Shown: positions 13,241 through 26,624, numbered from the stretch's first letter. The stretch is DNA of 64,000 nucleotides from Camelus ferus (GCF_009834535.1 NC_045696.1:38132001-38196000); one strand, 5' to 3'. Notes: generated by a model from the letters alone, not told the origin. Program-made: numbers and translations.

Positions 13241-13799
13241 TGGTCACCTGCACAGCCCATTAACAATTCCCAGAAAATAAAAATAGAATCTGAGTAATAA
13301 GATAAAGTCTAACCTTTTTTCCTTAGTGCTTTGTCTAGTTTCACTTACTTGTAGGTTGTTGTGCACAGACGCCTCACACTCGGCCCTTCAGACCGGAGCT
13401 CCTCGCACAAAATGGCTGCACTGACACCTCAGCTCCACAGGCACCTCAGCTCAGCGCAGAGACGCTGCCCCGGACACCTCAGTTCAAGATGGCGGCAGCG
13501 TGCTGTGCGTAGAGACGCTGCGCCGAGCACTGCGATCTGGAGCATGAGCAGCACAGCTGCGCGCCCCGCGAGAACTCCGCCCCTCCGCGCCCCGGTGACG
13601 GGATCCCTATAGAGCAGCCCTCCTCACGGCCAACAGGGAGAGCGTGTGCTCTAGAGCTCGGGCTCACACTTCTCCATTCTCTGATCAAAGGGTAACGCTT
13701 TCCTTTGCTTCTGAAGCTAACTCCATCTCCTTATGTTGGCTTGACGAACTCTGGGCAGGAGGACCCTTGGTGGAGACTGACTCGGGAAGGTAAATAACA
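13241..13799 (+). mobile_element. 3' LTR of the ERV1 element, CpG-rich
   Basis: Follows the PPT and ends TAACA. YY1-type motifs at 13408 and 13485, GC box at 13575, TATA-like TATAGAG at 13608. Confidence 0.8.
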
Positions 13800-14385
13800 C
13801 TATCTTTTGATGTAGTTTCTTGCGCAGCCTGGACTTATTAATACCCTAACTGAATGTACTATCGTGTAGTGTATTGCTGCTGTTCCACCAAAACGTATGA
13901 CTTAGTGTAGGTGACAATACTACCAGAACGACTCTGATAACATAGTTACATTTTCTCTCACATTCAAGAACAGTCTCTACTAAGTGTAATGAAACAAAAG
14001 CTGCTTTACTGCTGGTGAGTAATTCTCTGCTGCAGATGGCATTTCCTTACTCCAGCGTCTAAGAGGTCTGTACTGATATTCTTCTATTGGAGCTTGCTAG
14101 CGATTCCACATAGGATCTTTACCCACATTGACTCTGTCAGGTCATATAACTTACAAACTGCTTAAATCTGCTCTAATTTCTTTCTTCTTGAGCCCCATTC
14201 AACTGGTAGTGTTTTGAATCATCTAATAAACAGGTTAGAGCAGCATTCCCAAGTGTGGCATATGCAATTCCCAAATGCACATGGACATATAGAAAATACC
14301 ATTTTTGTAGTGGAAAACCAAAGATACTTTTTTTCCCCTAAATAGTAGGAGGTATGTGATGCAATAACTTATTTACCTTGGAGGA
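13800..14385 (-). mobile_element. ERVL internal region: RT C-terminal/connection remnant
   Basis: Minus-strand WELHMPHLGMLL*PVY (~14275-14225) resembles ERVL FWRQHIPHLGVLLRPIY. Confidence 0.7.
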
Positions 14386-15655
14386 TGTCGTATAATTGTT
14401 TTGCAAATTTGTGTTTCCTCCCTTCAACTTGCACTGGAGAAATATAATACCCCTCTGCTCCAATGATTGTGGGCTTTATCCATGTGACTTGCTTTGGTCA
14501 GTAGAATGTAGTTGGAAGTGACAGTATGCTATCTCCAAGCCTAGGCTTTAAAATGCATGGATTATTTCTGCTCCCTTCTTTGGGAATTTCCAGCCTCTGC
14601 CAAAAAGAGAAAATGCCCCTGTGATACTGTGACTTAATAAGATCTATATATATATATTTAGTTTGGGCTCCATTTCTGGCACAGAGCTTCCAAAACCCTT
14701 GGGCTTTCCAAAGTGATGAGAGGGTTAATGTGTCTTTTGTTATTCTAATGAGGTGACTTTGGAAAAATCTCCCTAAGGATGGGAGCTGGTTACTAGAGGA
14801 GACAACTGTGTGATTAGAAGGTTGGAAATTTAGGTAATGGTGCCCCTCGCCTCCAGATCCAAGAGGGGAGAGGGGCTGAAGGTTGGATCAGTTGCCAGTG
14901 ACCAATGATTTAATCAAACAGACATATGTAATGCTGCCTCCTTAAAAACCCAAAAGAAGTGTCAGAGTGTTGGTGAACACCTAGAAGTGCTGGTAGAGTG
15001 GCGCTCTCAGGGAGGACATGGAAGCTCTGCACTCTTTCCCCATATCTTGCCCTTTGTATCTCTTCCATATGGCTTTTCTTGAGTTATAATATATCTTTTT
15101 ATAATAAACCAGTGATCTATTAAGTAAAATGTTTCTCTTGAGTTGTGGGAGCTGCTCTGGCAAATTAATTGACCCCAAAGAGGAGGTATGTGGGAACCTC
15201 TGATTTATAGCCAGTTGGTCAGAAATACAGGTAACAACATAGCCTTGCAACTAGCCTCGAAAACAAGGAGGGGTTGTAAGGACCTTCCGTCTAGCTAGTC
15301 AGTCAGAAGCACAAGTAATAGTCTGGTCCTACAACTGGCATCTGAAGTGGGATGAGTAGAAGTCTTGTAGGATTGTCCCTTTAACCTGTGGGATCTGATG
15401 CTATTTCTGGGTAGATAGTGTTAGAATTGAATTGAATTCTCAGACACAGCTGCTGCCTGAGAATTTCTTGGTGTTGTGTGGAAACTGCTCCCACACAATC
15501 ATTGGAATTGGGTCCAGGAACCATAAAGAGCCCAAATAGAAGCTGCTTCTTTGTTTTGGACACAGAGAATAAGATGAAAGTAGTAGAATAAAGCCAGTAG
15601 CCAAAACCAGCCAAACAGCAGGATGAAACTGAACTTCGCCAACTGACACACATAG
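14386..15655 (+). mobile_element. MaLR (MLT1-type) LTR split by a MER21-like LTR
   Basis: CCATGTGACTTGCTTTGGTCAGTAGAATGT...GAAGTGAC...CCAAGCCTAGGCTTTAA is typical of MLT1. The sequence resumes after ~15530. Confidence 0.65.
14620..15525 (+). mobile_element. MER21-like LTR
   Basis: Starts TGTGATACTGTGACTTAATAAG...CTGGCACAGAGCTTCCAAAACCCTTGG. AATAAA at ~15103. Distal part TGTGGGATCTGATGCTATTTCTGGGTAGATAGTGTTAGAATTGAATT. Confidence 0.7.
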
Positions 15656-15659
15656 AATG

Positions 15660-17636
15660 TCCTAGAATGCCCTTAAAATTGACCTCTGAAAACTTTACTA
15701 ATGTGTCAAGCCCTTGGGCTGTTTAGGGTTTATGTCTGCACTCTTGCCATCCAGAGTACTTGCCATTTCCTGCTTTACACATTCGATTAAAATACTGTCA
15801 TCAATATGGTAGACCTTCATGGTGTTCTTTAGATTGTCAAGATCCGTTCTATCTATATTGTGCCTATTGTGCTAAAGAGCAAGAGATTAGCATAGTCTTA
15901 GAGGTATGTGTTGAATGTAAATGTAAACTGCATTGGATCTTCCTTTTTGACTGGGATCAAAAAGAACATATTTTCTAGGTCAATGGGGCAAACCAAGTAC
16001 CTGAGGCTATGTTGGTGTGTTCTAGTAAACATACCACCTCCTCACAGACACTGTGGTTGTACTACACTTGGTTCAGTGTATGATGGTCCATCAGCAACAG
16101 CCATGGTCTTTGTGGTTTTTTCAGGAGTCATAACAATGAATTAAAAATCTTATGAGGACTACCTTTTTTAAATAACTGAGGATAATATCTGAATCCTTTA
16201 CATTTTTGAGTGTGCTGTGTATTTTTCTTCTTCTACTTAGGTTGCAATATGATTTCTTATTCACTGTCTTCTCCAGTGGTAACAGAGTCAGGTGGTTTCT
16301 TTTGGATTTCCTTCTGTAATGCTTCTTACTCTACAAGGAAGAGAACCAATATCAGTAACCTGCCAGCCAATAATTATATCCACCCTGAGTTTGTACTCAG
16401 GAACCAGGGAAATGACCATAAAATGAATCTATGACCTATTAGATCCACCATGAGATGAACCAGCACCAGGTTGTCATTTATCATATGGCCTTTGCACACC
16501 CTCATGTTAACAGGGTACTGTGATGGTATCTTGCATTCTCTGGTGTCAATGTCAGCTAATACCCAGTATCCAAAGGCCCTGAAAGGATATTTGTATTCTC
16601 CTTTCCCCTTTGTGCCATTCTTCTTGTAAATATATTTAGGCCAATTTGGCAAACCATTGGGTGAATGACTGCTGAGTATATTCGTATTGCATTTCAGGCT
16701 TCTACATTATGGTCATGGCCTTCCTATCAGTCAATATGCTTTATGTCTGAGAACTGACTCAGGTCTAGAAACTAAGACAGAAATTGCGATTTTATGCTGT
16801 GATATCTGACATCAGTCTTCTCTTTGCCTACTCTTGATAACTTTGGGATATATAAGTCAAGTACTGTACTTCTTGACTGCTCATCTGCCTTTGTCCTTAG
16901 GAAAGCTATGGTCTATTAGCTACTATCATAGGCCTATTATCTATTGATGAGGGCTTTCTGACCTTAAGGTCCATTATGCAATTATGTTCACCTTGCCATT
17001 GAATTAAATGGTGCCACCTGGCATCTGCTAATCTGCATACCTAAAACATACAATGACAATGGAGAGATCGGTTTACAACAGCATTTCCTGTTATCAGCCC
17101 TGGCCTAGAGAAAAAAATACACCAGTGAACTATTCAGCAATGTAAGTATCCTCTTTCCATTTACATATTCTTTATCATTTTAGTAAAAGGAGTGTTCCAA
17201 TAATCAAATGGCATATACTTTGGTCTTATATGACAAATCAATTCTATCAAGTTTACCTCTCTGAACATTTTGGGCCCTTCCTCAATACGATACTAAGGCA
17301 GTCCTGGAAATTCTATCTATTTAAGTATTAGCCTTTCTTTTCTAATTTAAATTTCTAATTGTCTCATTTCAATAGCCAGCAGCATATAAATAGACAACAT
17401 GAACTCTTTGCCTGAGTTATGGAAGAATACTCTCATTTTTTAAGTCTTTCTTATTCTTTTCTCCCTGGTCCAGTATCCATAAGGCATATTCCCAGACATG
17501 TCATGTTGATTATTGCCAGTATACTTTAGCCAGATGCAGCAGCTCTTCCTTTAAACAATCACTGTCTCTCAGCAGTAGGGAGTGTACCCCTCTCTTTAGG
17601 CTTCAGAAAGATTTAACCTAGTTATTGTACTAGAAT
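15660..17636 (-). mobile_element. ERVL internal region: gag, protease and RT remnants
   Basis: Minus-strand VYHIDDSI (15814-15791; RT YxDD region, ERVL LVHYIDDI), LDTGY*LTLTP (16573-16541; protease LLDTGSELTLIP) and QVAPFN (~17020; gag GQVAALN). Confidence 0.75.
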
Positions 17637-18265
17637 TGATGCAGGAAAACATATGTGGCGCAGGAGGAGGGCTGTGTCGTAGGTCTTGGTTGAGCCCCTG
17701 GGACGTGCTCCGCCAAGTGTAGGTCCTTGGATTCACGCAGGAAAGAATTCAAGACCAAGCCACAGTTGAGTGAAGGTAGATTTATTCAGAGAGATACATT
17801 GAAAGGCAAGAGAAAGGCCACAAGGTTTGGGGGTTGGGTGCTCAGATTAAAAGTAGGTACACACTCCATAGACAGAATGTGGGCAGTCTCTGAGGAGGGA
17901 GAGAGAGGGGCGACCGCGAGGCACCATGTTGCTGGTTTTTATGGGCTTGGTGGCTTCGTATGCTAATAAGTGGAAGGACCAGTCTAAGTAGTCTGGGGAA
18001 GAGGCTGGGATTCCCAGGAAGTTGGCCATTTCCCACTCTCTGACCTTCTGTGTCTAGCCTTCAGACTGCCATGGTGCCTGTGGGCGTGTTATTCACCATG
18101 TTAATATATTGCAATGGGCGTATAATGAAGCTCAAGATCTACTAGAAGTTAAATCTCCCATCATCCTGAGCCTCAAGGCCAACTGGGGGTTGAATCTTTC
18201 ACCATTTTGATGTTAATTGCTGTGGCATTCCTTGAATGGCTGTGCACTGCCCCATTCCTGTCTCA
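17637..18265 (-). mobile_element. Solo ERV1-type LTR, copy A
   Basis: TG...CA termini and perfect 4-bp TSD GAAT (17633-17636 / 18266-18269). It is the reverse-complement homologue of 28556-29194. Confidence 0.9.
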
Positions 18266-18699
18266 GAATCAGTGAAGACTAATTCTGAAGACTGTAGGCA
18301 ACACAAGAGGAATGCAAGCATCATTGTGTAACAGATCCACTTCAAGTGGAGCCTTTGCTTGATCTCCAATCAATGAGCAGCAGATTTTTTCTAATGAGCA
18401 AAGATTTTTAATCCTTGCCTTAAGAGGCATTAAGTACTTCGATTCACCTCTCTTGTATATATCCCAGACAGCGTAAGTCCCAGAGGAATCAGATATATAT
18501 GGAACAGATCTGAACCCAACTCACAGCTTAGAGCTGAGCTAGTCAAGCCTAGATCAGATGAGTTTGACATGAATAAACAATTTTCCCTGCTACCCACTGC
18601 CCCCTGCCAAGTTTCCTCTGTAACATAAAACAGCCAGACCAGGAAAGCCAATAAAACAGGAAGGTTTTTAATAATAATAAATTATTTCAAGAGACAGAA

Positions 18700-19310
18700 A
18701 ACTCACCATTTTAAGTCTTTAATGAAAATATTGGCATTAACAAAACTGTGTAAGAAATAGAATTCTCATGTATTTCTGGTAGGAGTATGAGTTTTTATAA
18801 CCATTATGAAAAATTGTCAGCATATACTGAACCCAAATATGTGCCTGTCCTTTGGCCTGGTAATCATATGCCTAGGTATACACCCAGAAGAATGTATACA
18901 TATGTTCACTGAAAAACAACTTCTGGTATGTTCAGAACATTACTATAAATAATAGCCTCCAATAGAAACTACCCAAATGCTTATCAGCAGAAAAATGGAT
19001 AAATAAATTGTGGTGTATTCACACAATAAAATCCAGAATATCAATAAAAATAAACTGGAATTATACATGACAATATTAATGAATCTCACAAACAAAGTAT
19101 TAAGCCAAAGAATCCATACCAAAAAAGAAAAATAATATACATTCAAAAATGACAAAACTAATCTATACTGTTAGACTGCAGGGGAGCAGTTACCCTTGGA
19201 TGTCACTAATTTAGAAAGCAGAAAAGGAGCTTCTGGGGTAGTGACAATGTTCTGTTTCTTGATCTAGGTTTGAGTTACACAAGCTCATTCAGTGATAATT
19301 CATTATTTAT
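18700..19310 (+). mobile_element. Old L1 (L1M) ORF2 end / 3' UTR
   Basis: CCTAGGTATACACCCAGAAGAATG...AAACTACCCAAATGCTTATCAGCAGAAAAATGGATAAATAAATTGTGG...ATGAATCTCACAAAC. Confidence 0.75.
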
Positions 19311-20079
19311 GATATTTCAAAAATCACTTTTTAAACTCCTTAGCAAAAGAAGCATTTTCTTTTTCATACAATTGAAAACGTCAGAGGTAACATACGCTTC
19401 AGACTTGCTTCTCAGGAACACAAAGTCTGCCCAGTACTCAGCTCTTTTCTGATCTATGTTGCCTTATAAGGCTTTGCATGGTGTGAAGAAGACTTTAAGC
19501 TATTCTAGGTCTTTCCTTTCAAATATAAAACTGGTGGAGAAATGAACTTCTCAGTCTATAAATGCCTTGTGCCTCAACAGACTGTTCTCAGCTCTATGGT
19601 CATTCTTTGAGCCAGTCGATAGAGCTACTCAGAATAAAATGTGCTGACTACTGTGTTTTCAGTCAAACAAACTCCCCTGAATGTTGGGGTAGGGTCATTT
19701 TCTTCTAAGCTACTTGGACTGAAAAATGGGAAAGAAGTTTTTCTATTTATAAAAACAAACAAAAATAAACATGGTTTCTTACCAGGAATAGAATAGATGC
19801 TATGCACCAGAGGTCAAGATAACTCTCAACAACACATAGCCTGTTTGGTTTGATCTTGAGAGCTAGATCAAACTCCATTATTTTGAGCATCCTAAGGGGA
19901 AAATTACGTCTACCGTACCCTCTTGAGTGAGGTGCTTAAAGAACAGGAGGACCACGAATATAGCTGCCCTGCTAGGCTGAGTTGTTCCCAGTTGCTGTAG
20001 TGACTTATGTATGCTAGCAGGGATGATTATTGCCTGTGATGTCACTGTGTTTTAAAGCATGAGCAAGAAGAAAAAAGAC

Positions 20080-22070
20080 CAACAAAATAAAAAACAGAGA
20101 AAGAAACACAGAGTCATCTCACAAGAAATGGAACTACTGGAAATGTCAGATGAAATAAAGTAAGTAATAAAATCTGTGAAGCACATCAAATATAATTTGT
20201 GGAAAACAACCACAAAACAAAATAGATTTTCAACTTAAATTTTTCAATAGTTAAAAGATACTTATGGATGAAAGTTAAATTGACTAGGAAGATCTACTAA
20301 AAGAAATATAAAATATGTAGAGAGAGTATAAATGATGGCAATCACTAATGAAAAGATGAGTTATTGAGGGCATAGACAAGAAAATTTTCATGCATATGAA
20401 AGGAGTCTTGAAATATGTTTATAAAGGAAGTTGTACAGGAGAGGTACTACTTAAACAAATCAAGAAATTTTCTTTTATTTGAAGAAAGATTTATGCCTGA
20501 AGATTGACAAGGTTCCCTAGGTCCCAAGGAGGATTACTAAAAAGGTCATTTACACGGATATATCCTAATGAAAAATTTTAATCCCAACAGTAATATAAAA
20601 TCTTATAAGCTTCTCAAAGAGCAAGTAACTTTTAAAGGAAAGAGAATCTGACTAATATCTGACTTATTTATAATATTAAAACTCAGCAGTCAATGAAATA
20701 TAATCTAATGAGACCAAAGGAGTTAGATTCAAATTATTATTCACCTGTCAGAGAAAAGGAATGACATTTTCAGATATAAATGGACTCAGATTTTATATAA
20801 TCTGTGTGTTTCTGAGAAAAATTCAATGACCAAGTGACAATTAAATCAGAACTAAAATATTGTAAAAGTGAGGATCATGTTGGACAAAGAGTGATAAGTG
20901 ATGACTTGTAATTTACATAATTGACTCTAAATGGATTTGTATTTGACTCTAAATGTTACTATAATTGGGAAATCATAGTAGTGCTGTAAAGTAAGTTTTC
21001 TTAAAAGAAATGAGACAAATTGCAAGGGAAACCCTAAAACTAGATTTCAACAAAACCCAGGACCTTGAAAGTATAAGGAATGGAAAAACAAAAGCAAAAA
21101 CAAAAAACATTTTAACCATCACACCTAGAATAATGATTGACATGCAGCAGAAACTGTTAGTAACTATCAGATACCCATTTTATTTCTCTTCCTTGGTAAT
21201 AGAAATTCAGTTTTACTTATGGCAACAATATATCCAAATAAAACATTACATTTTCTGCCATACCTTGGAGATGGAAGAGCTATGCAACCAAGTGCTAGGC
21301 AATAGGTATATGCAGAGGTTTCGATGTGATGGCTGGAAGGCTACTAAATGTTTGCAGACTATGCTGGGATGCATACCTATTTTGCCTTCTCTTTTTCTCC
21401 TCATTGATGCCTGGAACATGAATTTAATGGCTAGAAGTCATGAGACAACGTATTAATATAAATGAAAAAGAAGTTAAACCAAAAGTAGGAAGAGAAATTA
21501 GTAAAGGTTAATGCTGAAAATAATGAAATGGGAAAAAAAAGAAGGATAAATGAAGTATATTATATGTTTTCAAATTACCAATATAATAAGTAGTTTTCTT
21601 TGATACTGATTAGAAGAGAAAAACAGTCAAATTAAAAATACACAAACATGCACACACACATATGTAAGTTTGTGTGTATGTGTGTGTATGTGTGTAGATG
21701 AATATTACCAGAATATGAGAGGAGCTTATAAAAATTATGAGAGACTAATACATATTATTCAAGAAAAAAGTAAAATACAGTCTAGGTGATATGGATTAGT
21801 TTCATGTAAAGTGTAAAATACCAAAATTGGCCAAGAAGTGGAAAGAAATTATAAAAGTGATTAAATATTTAAAGTTAAAATCAATGTATTGTTTTACAAA
21901 GGAGTTCACTGTACAATTTTTAGTAGTTAAAAAAAGGAAAGAAGCATAAATACCCGTTTGCAGAAGAATCATTAAACTATCTCTATTCTATGAAATATTA
22001 TACAACTATTAAATAAATTTAGATTTCTCTCTATTGATGACATAAGTGACATTATGTGTGAAAAGCAGTT
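20080..22070 (+). mobile_element. Highly decayed L1 (ORF1 and ORF2 remnants) with an MLT1-like insert at ~21140-21450
   Basis: A-rich plus strand with L1 ORF1-like tracts (e.g. AAAGGAAAGAGAATCTGACTAATATCTGACTT). The insert resembles an MLT1 5' part. Confidence 0.45.
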
Positions 22071-22252
22071 TGTAGTACTGTTTTAGGAAAATATTAATTA
22101 ATTTTACTTCATTTGTTTAATAATATCAAATAGCAGTACAAAGCTTAATAGCAGTACTGGTTTTCATAAGACACTGAATCCAAAAGATTGACAAAAGATC
22201 TAGGGAACAAGCAGAGACACAAAGGAAACATACAAACATACTTAAGAGCTAT

Positions 22253-22705
22253 TGTATTAGTTTCCTATTGCTGCAATGACAAGTTACCACAAAGTTAATT
22301 ACTTTAAAAAGATGAAATTTTTCTGGAGATTAGAATTTTAAAATCAAGGTATTGTCAGTGTTATATTCCTTCCAGAGCCTTCAGGGAGAATCTGTTTCTT
22401 TGTCTTTTCCAGCTTCTAAAGGCCACCTTCATTCTCAGCTCAATGGCTCCATCCTTCATCTTGCAAGTACATCACAACAACCTCTGGTTCAGACATTGTC
22501 TCCTTTTTCTGTCTTTGATCCTCCTGTCTCCCTCTTCTAAGTACGCTTGTTATCAGAACCAACCAGATAATCCAGAATGATCTCTACATCTTAAGATCTT
22601 TAATCATATTTGCAAATTTCCTTTTGTTCTATGTGTTAGCATATTCAAAGGACCCCAGTATTAGGATGTGGACATCTTTGGAGGGCAACCATTTTGCCTA
22701 TCACA
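22253..22705 (-). mobile_element. MaLR solo LTR (MLT1C/D-like)
   Basis: TGTATTAGTTTCCTATTGCTGC...TTAGGATGTGGACATCTTTGG...GCCTATCACA. 5-bp TSD GCTAT/TCTAT with one mismatch. Confidence 0.85.
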
Positions 22706-24061
22706 TCTATCAATAACCTCATTAGATTCATACAATATCCATTGGCCTAAAATTATTAATAAACTTAATTTTTTCCTACTAAACTATGGGAAGATCTATA
22801 TAATATCAATTATATACCCAAGCTACAAATGAAGTGAGTATAGACTTAGAACAATGTTTTCAGCTCTGAAAAAAATAGATCAATTTAATAGCAACATTTA
22901 AACTAATATAATATACAAATAATTCAAAAAATGAACAGGCAAAAAAACTAATTCAAAATGTTTTCTGATTAATTGCACGTAATAAAAGAAAAAAAAAAAC
23001 CTAGAAAACTGACAAATGCAAACTGAGTATAAAATCTCCAGCCTTCATTGAAATTATGCTACAATACAGAAAACCACCTTAATCATGTCAATTACAAGTC
23101 TCAGTATATTTTGGTTGAATATACTATACAGCATATAACTTTAAATGCACCTAAGACTATTAATTTTAAGGAAAATAAAAGATAATTTTGCCTAACACAT
23201 CAAGTGAAATTTGTAATTGTTATTTGTTAGAATTGCATTAAAGTTAAACAAATAAATATTTAAAGCACAAAATTCAAAACCATAATCAAACTGTGATAAA
23301 AATCTGAGGTAAATTATATGTTGTTTTGATAAAATGAGAGGGAAATCCTTTTATCAAGCAGTTTACTTGTAATTCTTCTGTTGACATCTTCTATCAGCAA
23401 ATATAGTACACAGAATATGAGAATTCTGATCTTGGAAAAAGACTGGCAGTTATTTAATAAATGTCTTCCCTTTACAAATGAGCATAATGAAGCACAGAAG
23501 AACTTGGTGATTTATTCAAGATCATACTACTAATTACTGTGAGAGAAAATCTCAAATCATAACATAGAACTCATATTAAGCAGACATTTTCTTTTGGCAC
23601 ATATAAAATTCCATTATAACACATTATTTTATTTATGTAACTGAGGAATTAGTTTATAGAATTCTTTTATTCTAGATGGCTTTTTCAACAGATTTTTCTC
23701 ATATATAATAGTGATTATGTCTTAAAAAATGTTACAATGCAAGCTTATTTAATCAAATTTATCTCTTAGTTCAAAAAGTCTGATTATGTGGTAATTAATG
23801 TTAAATTTTACAATGACTATTTATAATTTCATATAAAATTAGTTACACGTAAGTTTAAACAACATACATAACCCCCAAATGGTTCAGTAGTTTAAGCTGT
23901 CAATGTAAAGTTAAATATTGCATTTGTCTGGATAATAACCATGGATTTAGAAAGTTATTTTCTATGAACAAATATGTAATCCATGTGTAACAAATCACAA
24001 ATGCTTTGTTTATTAATTTCCTGTAGTTAATGAAATATCTTATTTGGAGATTAAGTTGTTT

Positions 24062-24336
24062 CTCAGACTCATAGCTACAGAAAAGAAACTTGTGATTACC
24101 AGAGGGGATAGGATAGTGAGGAGGGAGAAATTAGAGGTTTGTGATCAAGAGATCCAAACTACTATATATAAAATAGGTAAGCAACAAGGATATACTGTAT
24201 AGCACAAGGAAGTATACTCATTATCTTGTATTAACCTTTAATGGAATATAATCTTCAAAAATAATCACTGTGTTGTTCACCTGAAATAACACAATATTGT
24301 AAATCAACTGTACTTCAATTTAAAAAAAGAAAAAAA
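24062..24336 (+). mobile_element. 5'-truncated L1 3' end with poly(A)
   Basis: CAACAAGGATATACTGTATAGCACA...CACCTGAAATAACACAATATTGTAAATCAACTGTACTTCAAT followed by an A tail. TTGTTTC is repeated on both flanks. Confidence 0.85.
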
Positions 24337-26624
24337 TTGTTTCATTACTTTGGTATAAATGTTCACTAAGGCAGAAAAAAATGTAAACTTTTTCAATGAA
24401 AGAAATGCTTTTGAAGTAATCCAAAACTAACTGGAGGATAATTGCTGTAAATAAAATATTCTCATGATGGATACCTTTAGCATCATATTAATATTCTTTT
24501 AGAGGACATCAAAATATTTATGTTCAATACATATAACTGAAAGGTAAACTCAGTGGTTAATTTTAAATTAAACAATGTAAAATTGGTTATAATACTTTTG
24601 TGCAAATAAAAGCATGTGTATTTATTAAAATTTTTTCAATCCCTCATGAATACATTATCCACCAAACCTGATAAATATTTGAATTGATTGTATACATGTA
24701 TTAATTTTACTGGCTGTGTTGTTTGATATAGTCCGAAAAGCCTGAGACATTAAAAAGATCCTTTCACAGAAGTAAATTCCATTCAAAGGAAATTCCATTA
24801 TGACTGAATTTTTTAGTTAAATAACTACTTCAGTCTATGTTTTTATAGGATGCAATTAGGAGGAAAAGCAATTTTCTCAATTTTCTCATATGATTCAGAA
24901 GTGTTCTAAAAATATATATTATTGCATTAATTTTAATGCTTAAATTTAAATCATTATTCTTGAGCCTATTCCTTTAAGCCTAGATGAATATGATAACTTT
25001 CATAATATAGAAGCTTTTACACATTTAAGAAACCAATTTAATCAATTAATTATATGATACCTTACTATTGAATATTGAAGTTGAAGGTAGATACATACTG
25101 AGACTCCACCTACACAATATAACAACCAAACAATGCAACTAGTCTCTGAGGAAGAAGAGGAAGAATAAAAAGAGAAGGAGAAAGGTAGGGAGGCTGGAGA
25201 GATGGAAAAGGAAGAAAAGGAATAGGTAGCTCATGGTGAAATTCACAAATGGATTGTAGGTTGAGGTAAGTTGATTAACTGATCGTTTTACTCTTCAACT
25301 AATGGTATTAGCACTACGTCAAAATGCCAAAATCAGTTTCTATTAGATCTGTACATATACTGCCTTTTAGTAGATCCTAAATTTACTTATTTAAAATATA
25401 CTATTTGTTCATTTGTAATTCAGTGCAAAATGTTGAAACGTCTCATTCCACAGATGCAATGCATAATAAGTTGAATGAACAATTGACATAGCAACATATA
25501 ACTGTCAATGACAAATGGCATACACTGCAATGTATTTCTCAAAAGTCTATTTCTGCAATAAACTCAGATGGAATTATTCTTCTTATAAACATTCATGATC
25601 TGAGGAGTAGATCTATCCTACCCAGCTTTATGGCCCCTCCCTTTAGTCAATGACTTCTCATTACTGTGACACCAAAAGCTGCAAATTTCCTTATCTCTAA
25701 AGTGGAGTTAATAATATTCACTGTTTCATGGGAGTTTTAAAGATCAAACAAATCATAAACATAAAGCACTTAGCATCATATACTATATTAACTACTTAAT
25801 ATATGATAATATATATTTAAAAATTTTTTTCTTTTTAATAACTAAAAATAGATTTAGCTATTTGTGTGTTTCCTGTGGTTACTAGGTATTTGAAATTTCA
25901 TTAGTCAGTGTAATGATGTGAAAAATATACCCAATTAAAACAATGAATTAACATGTAAACCCATAGATAGGAGATTCATGGACAGATCGAGTTGTGCTTT
26001 GTCCAAATGGGCTATGCTGTTTCTTAGAAATGAACTATCAAATGTAGAAATAGCATCAGCAGCACAGCAGCACTGATAAAATATAACCTTTTAAGATTTA
26101 CAGACAAATATTTATCTTATTTTATTGTACTACTGCAACTTTTTAAGTGAACGATTTTTCATTTCTCTATAATAACATTTTAGAATGAACAAAACATAAA
26201 TGCATATATAGAAAATCCCTTTTAACTCATTGAGAGCTCACAAATACTATAAAGGAATTATTATATTCAATTTACTTTCCAGCAGAATTCCTTTAAATTC
26301 AAGTATATTTCTATAAATCTGTTGTTAGTCTTCTCATAAGAATACCTCCCAAATCAATAGTATTTGAATAATTTTAATCATTGGCATTGATTTCCTTGTG
26401 GAAAGGCAGTGTTAAAATGATTTATTTCAATTAGAGTTCTCAGATTTGGGACAATACCATATATTGAAGTTGTACCATCAATTGATCTTGAAGGATTCTA
26501 AATCCTAAAAGAGTGAATTCAATCTTCAAAAGCCCTTAACTTAAGGTCAGAGTAAGTGTTGGGAAAAAATTTGTATACTGAATCACAGCTGGACAATATT
26601 TTGGTCAATATTTTAAAATAAAAT

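Larger units (their letters stand above)
11373..13799 (+). mobile_element. Internally deleted gammaretrovirus-like (ERV1) provirus: 5' LTR stub, gag, RNase H fragment, PPT, 3' LTR
   Basis: Termini TGTTA...TAACA. Imperfect 4-bp TSD CTGT/CTAT. 11373-~11457 aligns to 13241-~13322 at roughly 80% by eye. Purine tract GAGAAGCAGGACAGAGGAGAAA lies just before 13241. Confidence 0.85.

Noticed and set aside
11373..13322. Direct repeats as a CRISPR-like or segmental duplication
   Set aside because: There are only two copies, and they are explained as the 5' and 3' LTR starts of one provirus.
17847..18029. Paralogous small ORFs MANFLGIPA... (also 28793-29044)
   Set aside because: Both lie inside copies of the same LTR, so the similarity reflects the repeat rather than a gene family.
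21010..21456. 148-aa ORF
   Set aside because: It spans an L1/MLT1 junction and has no recognisable protein features.
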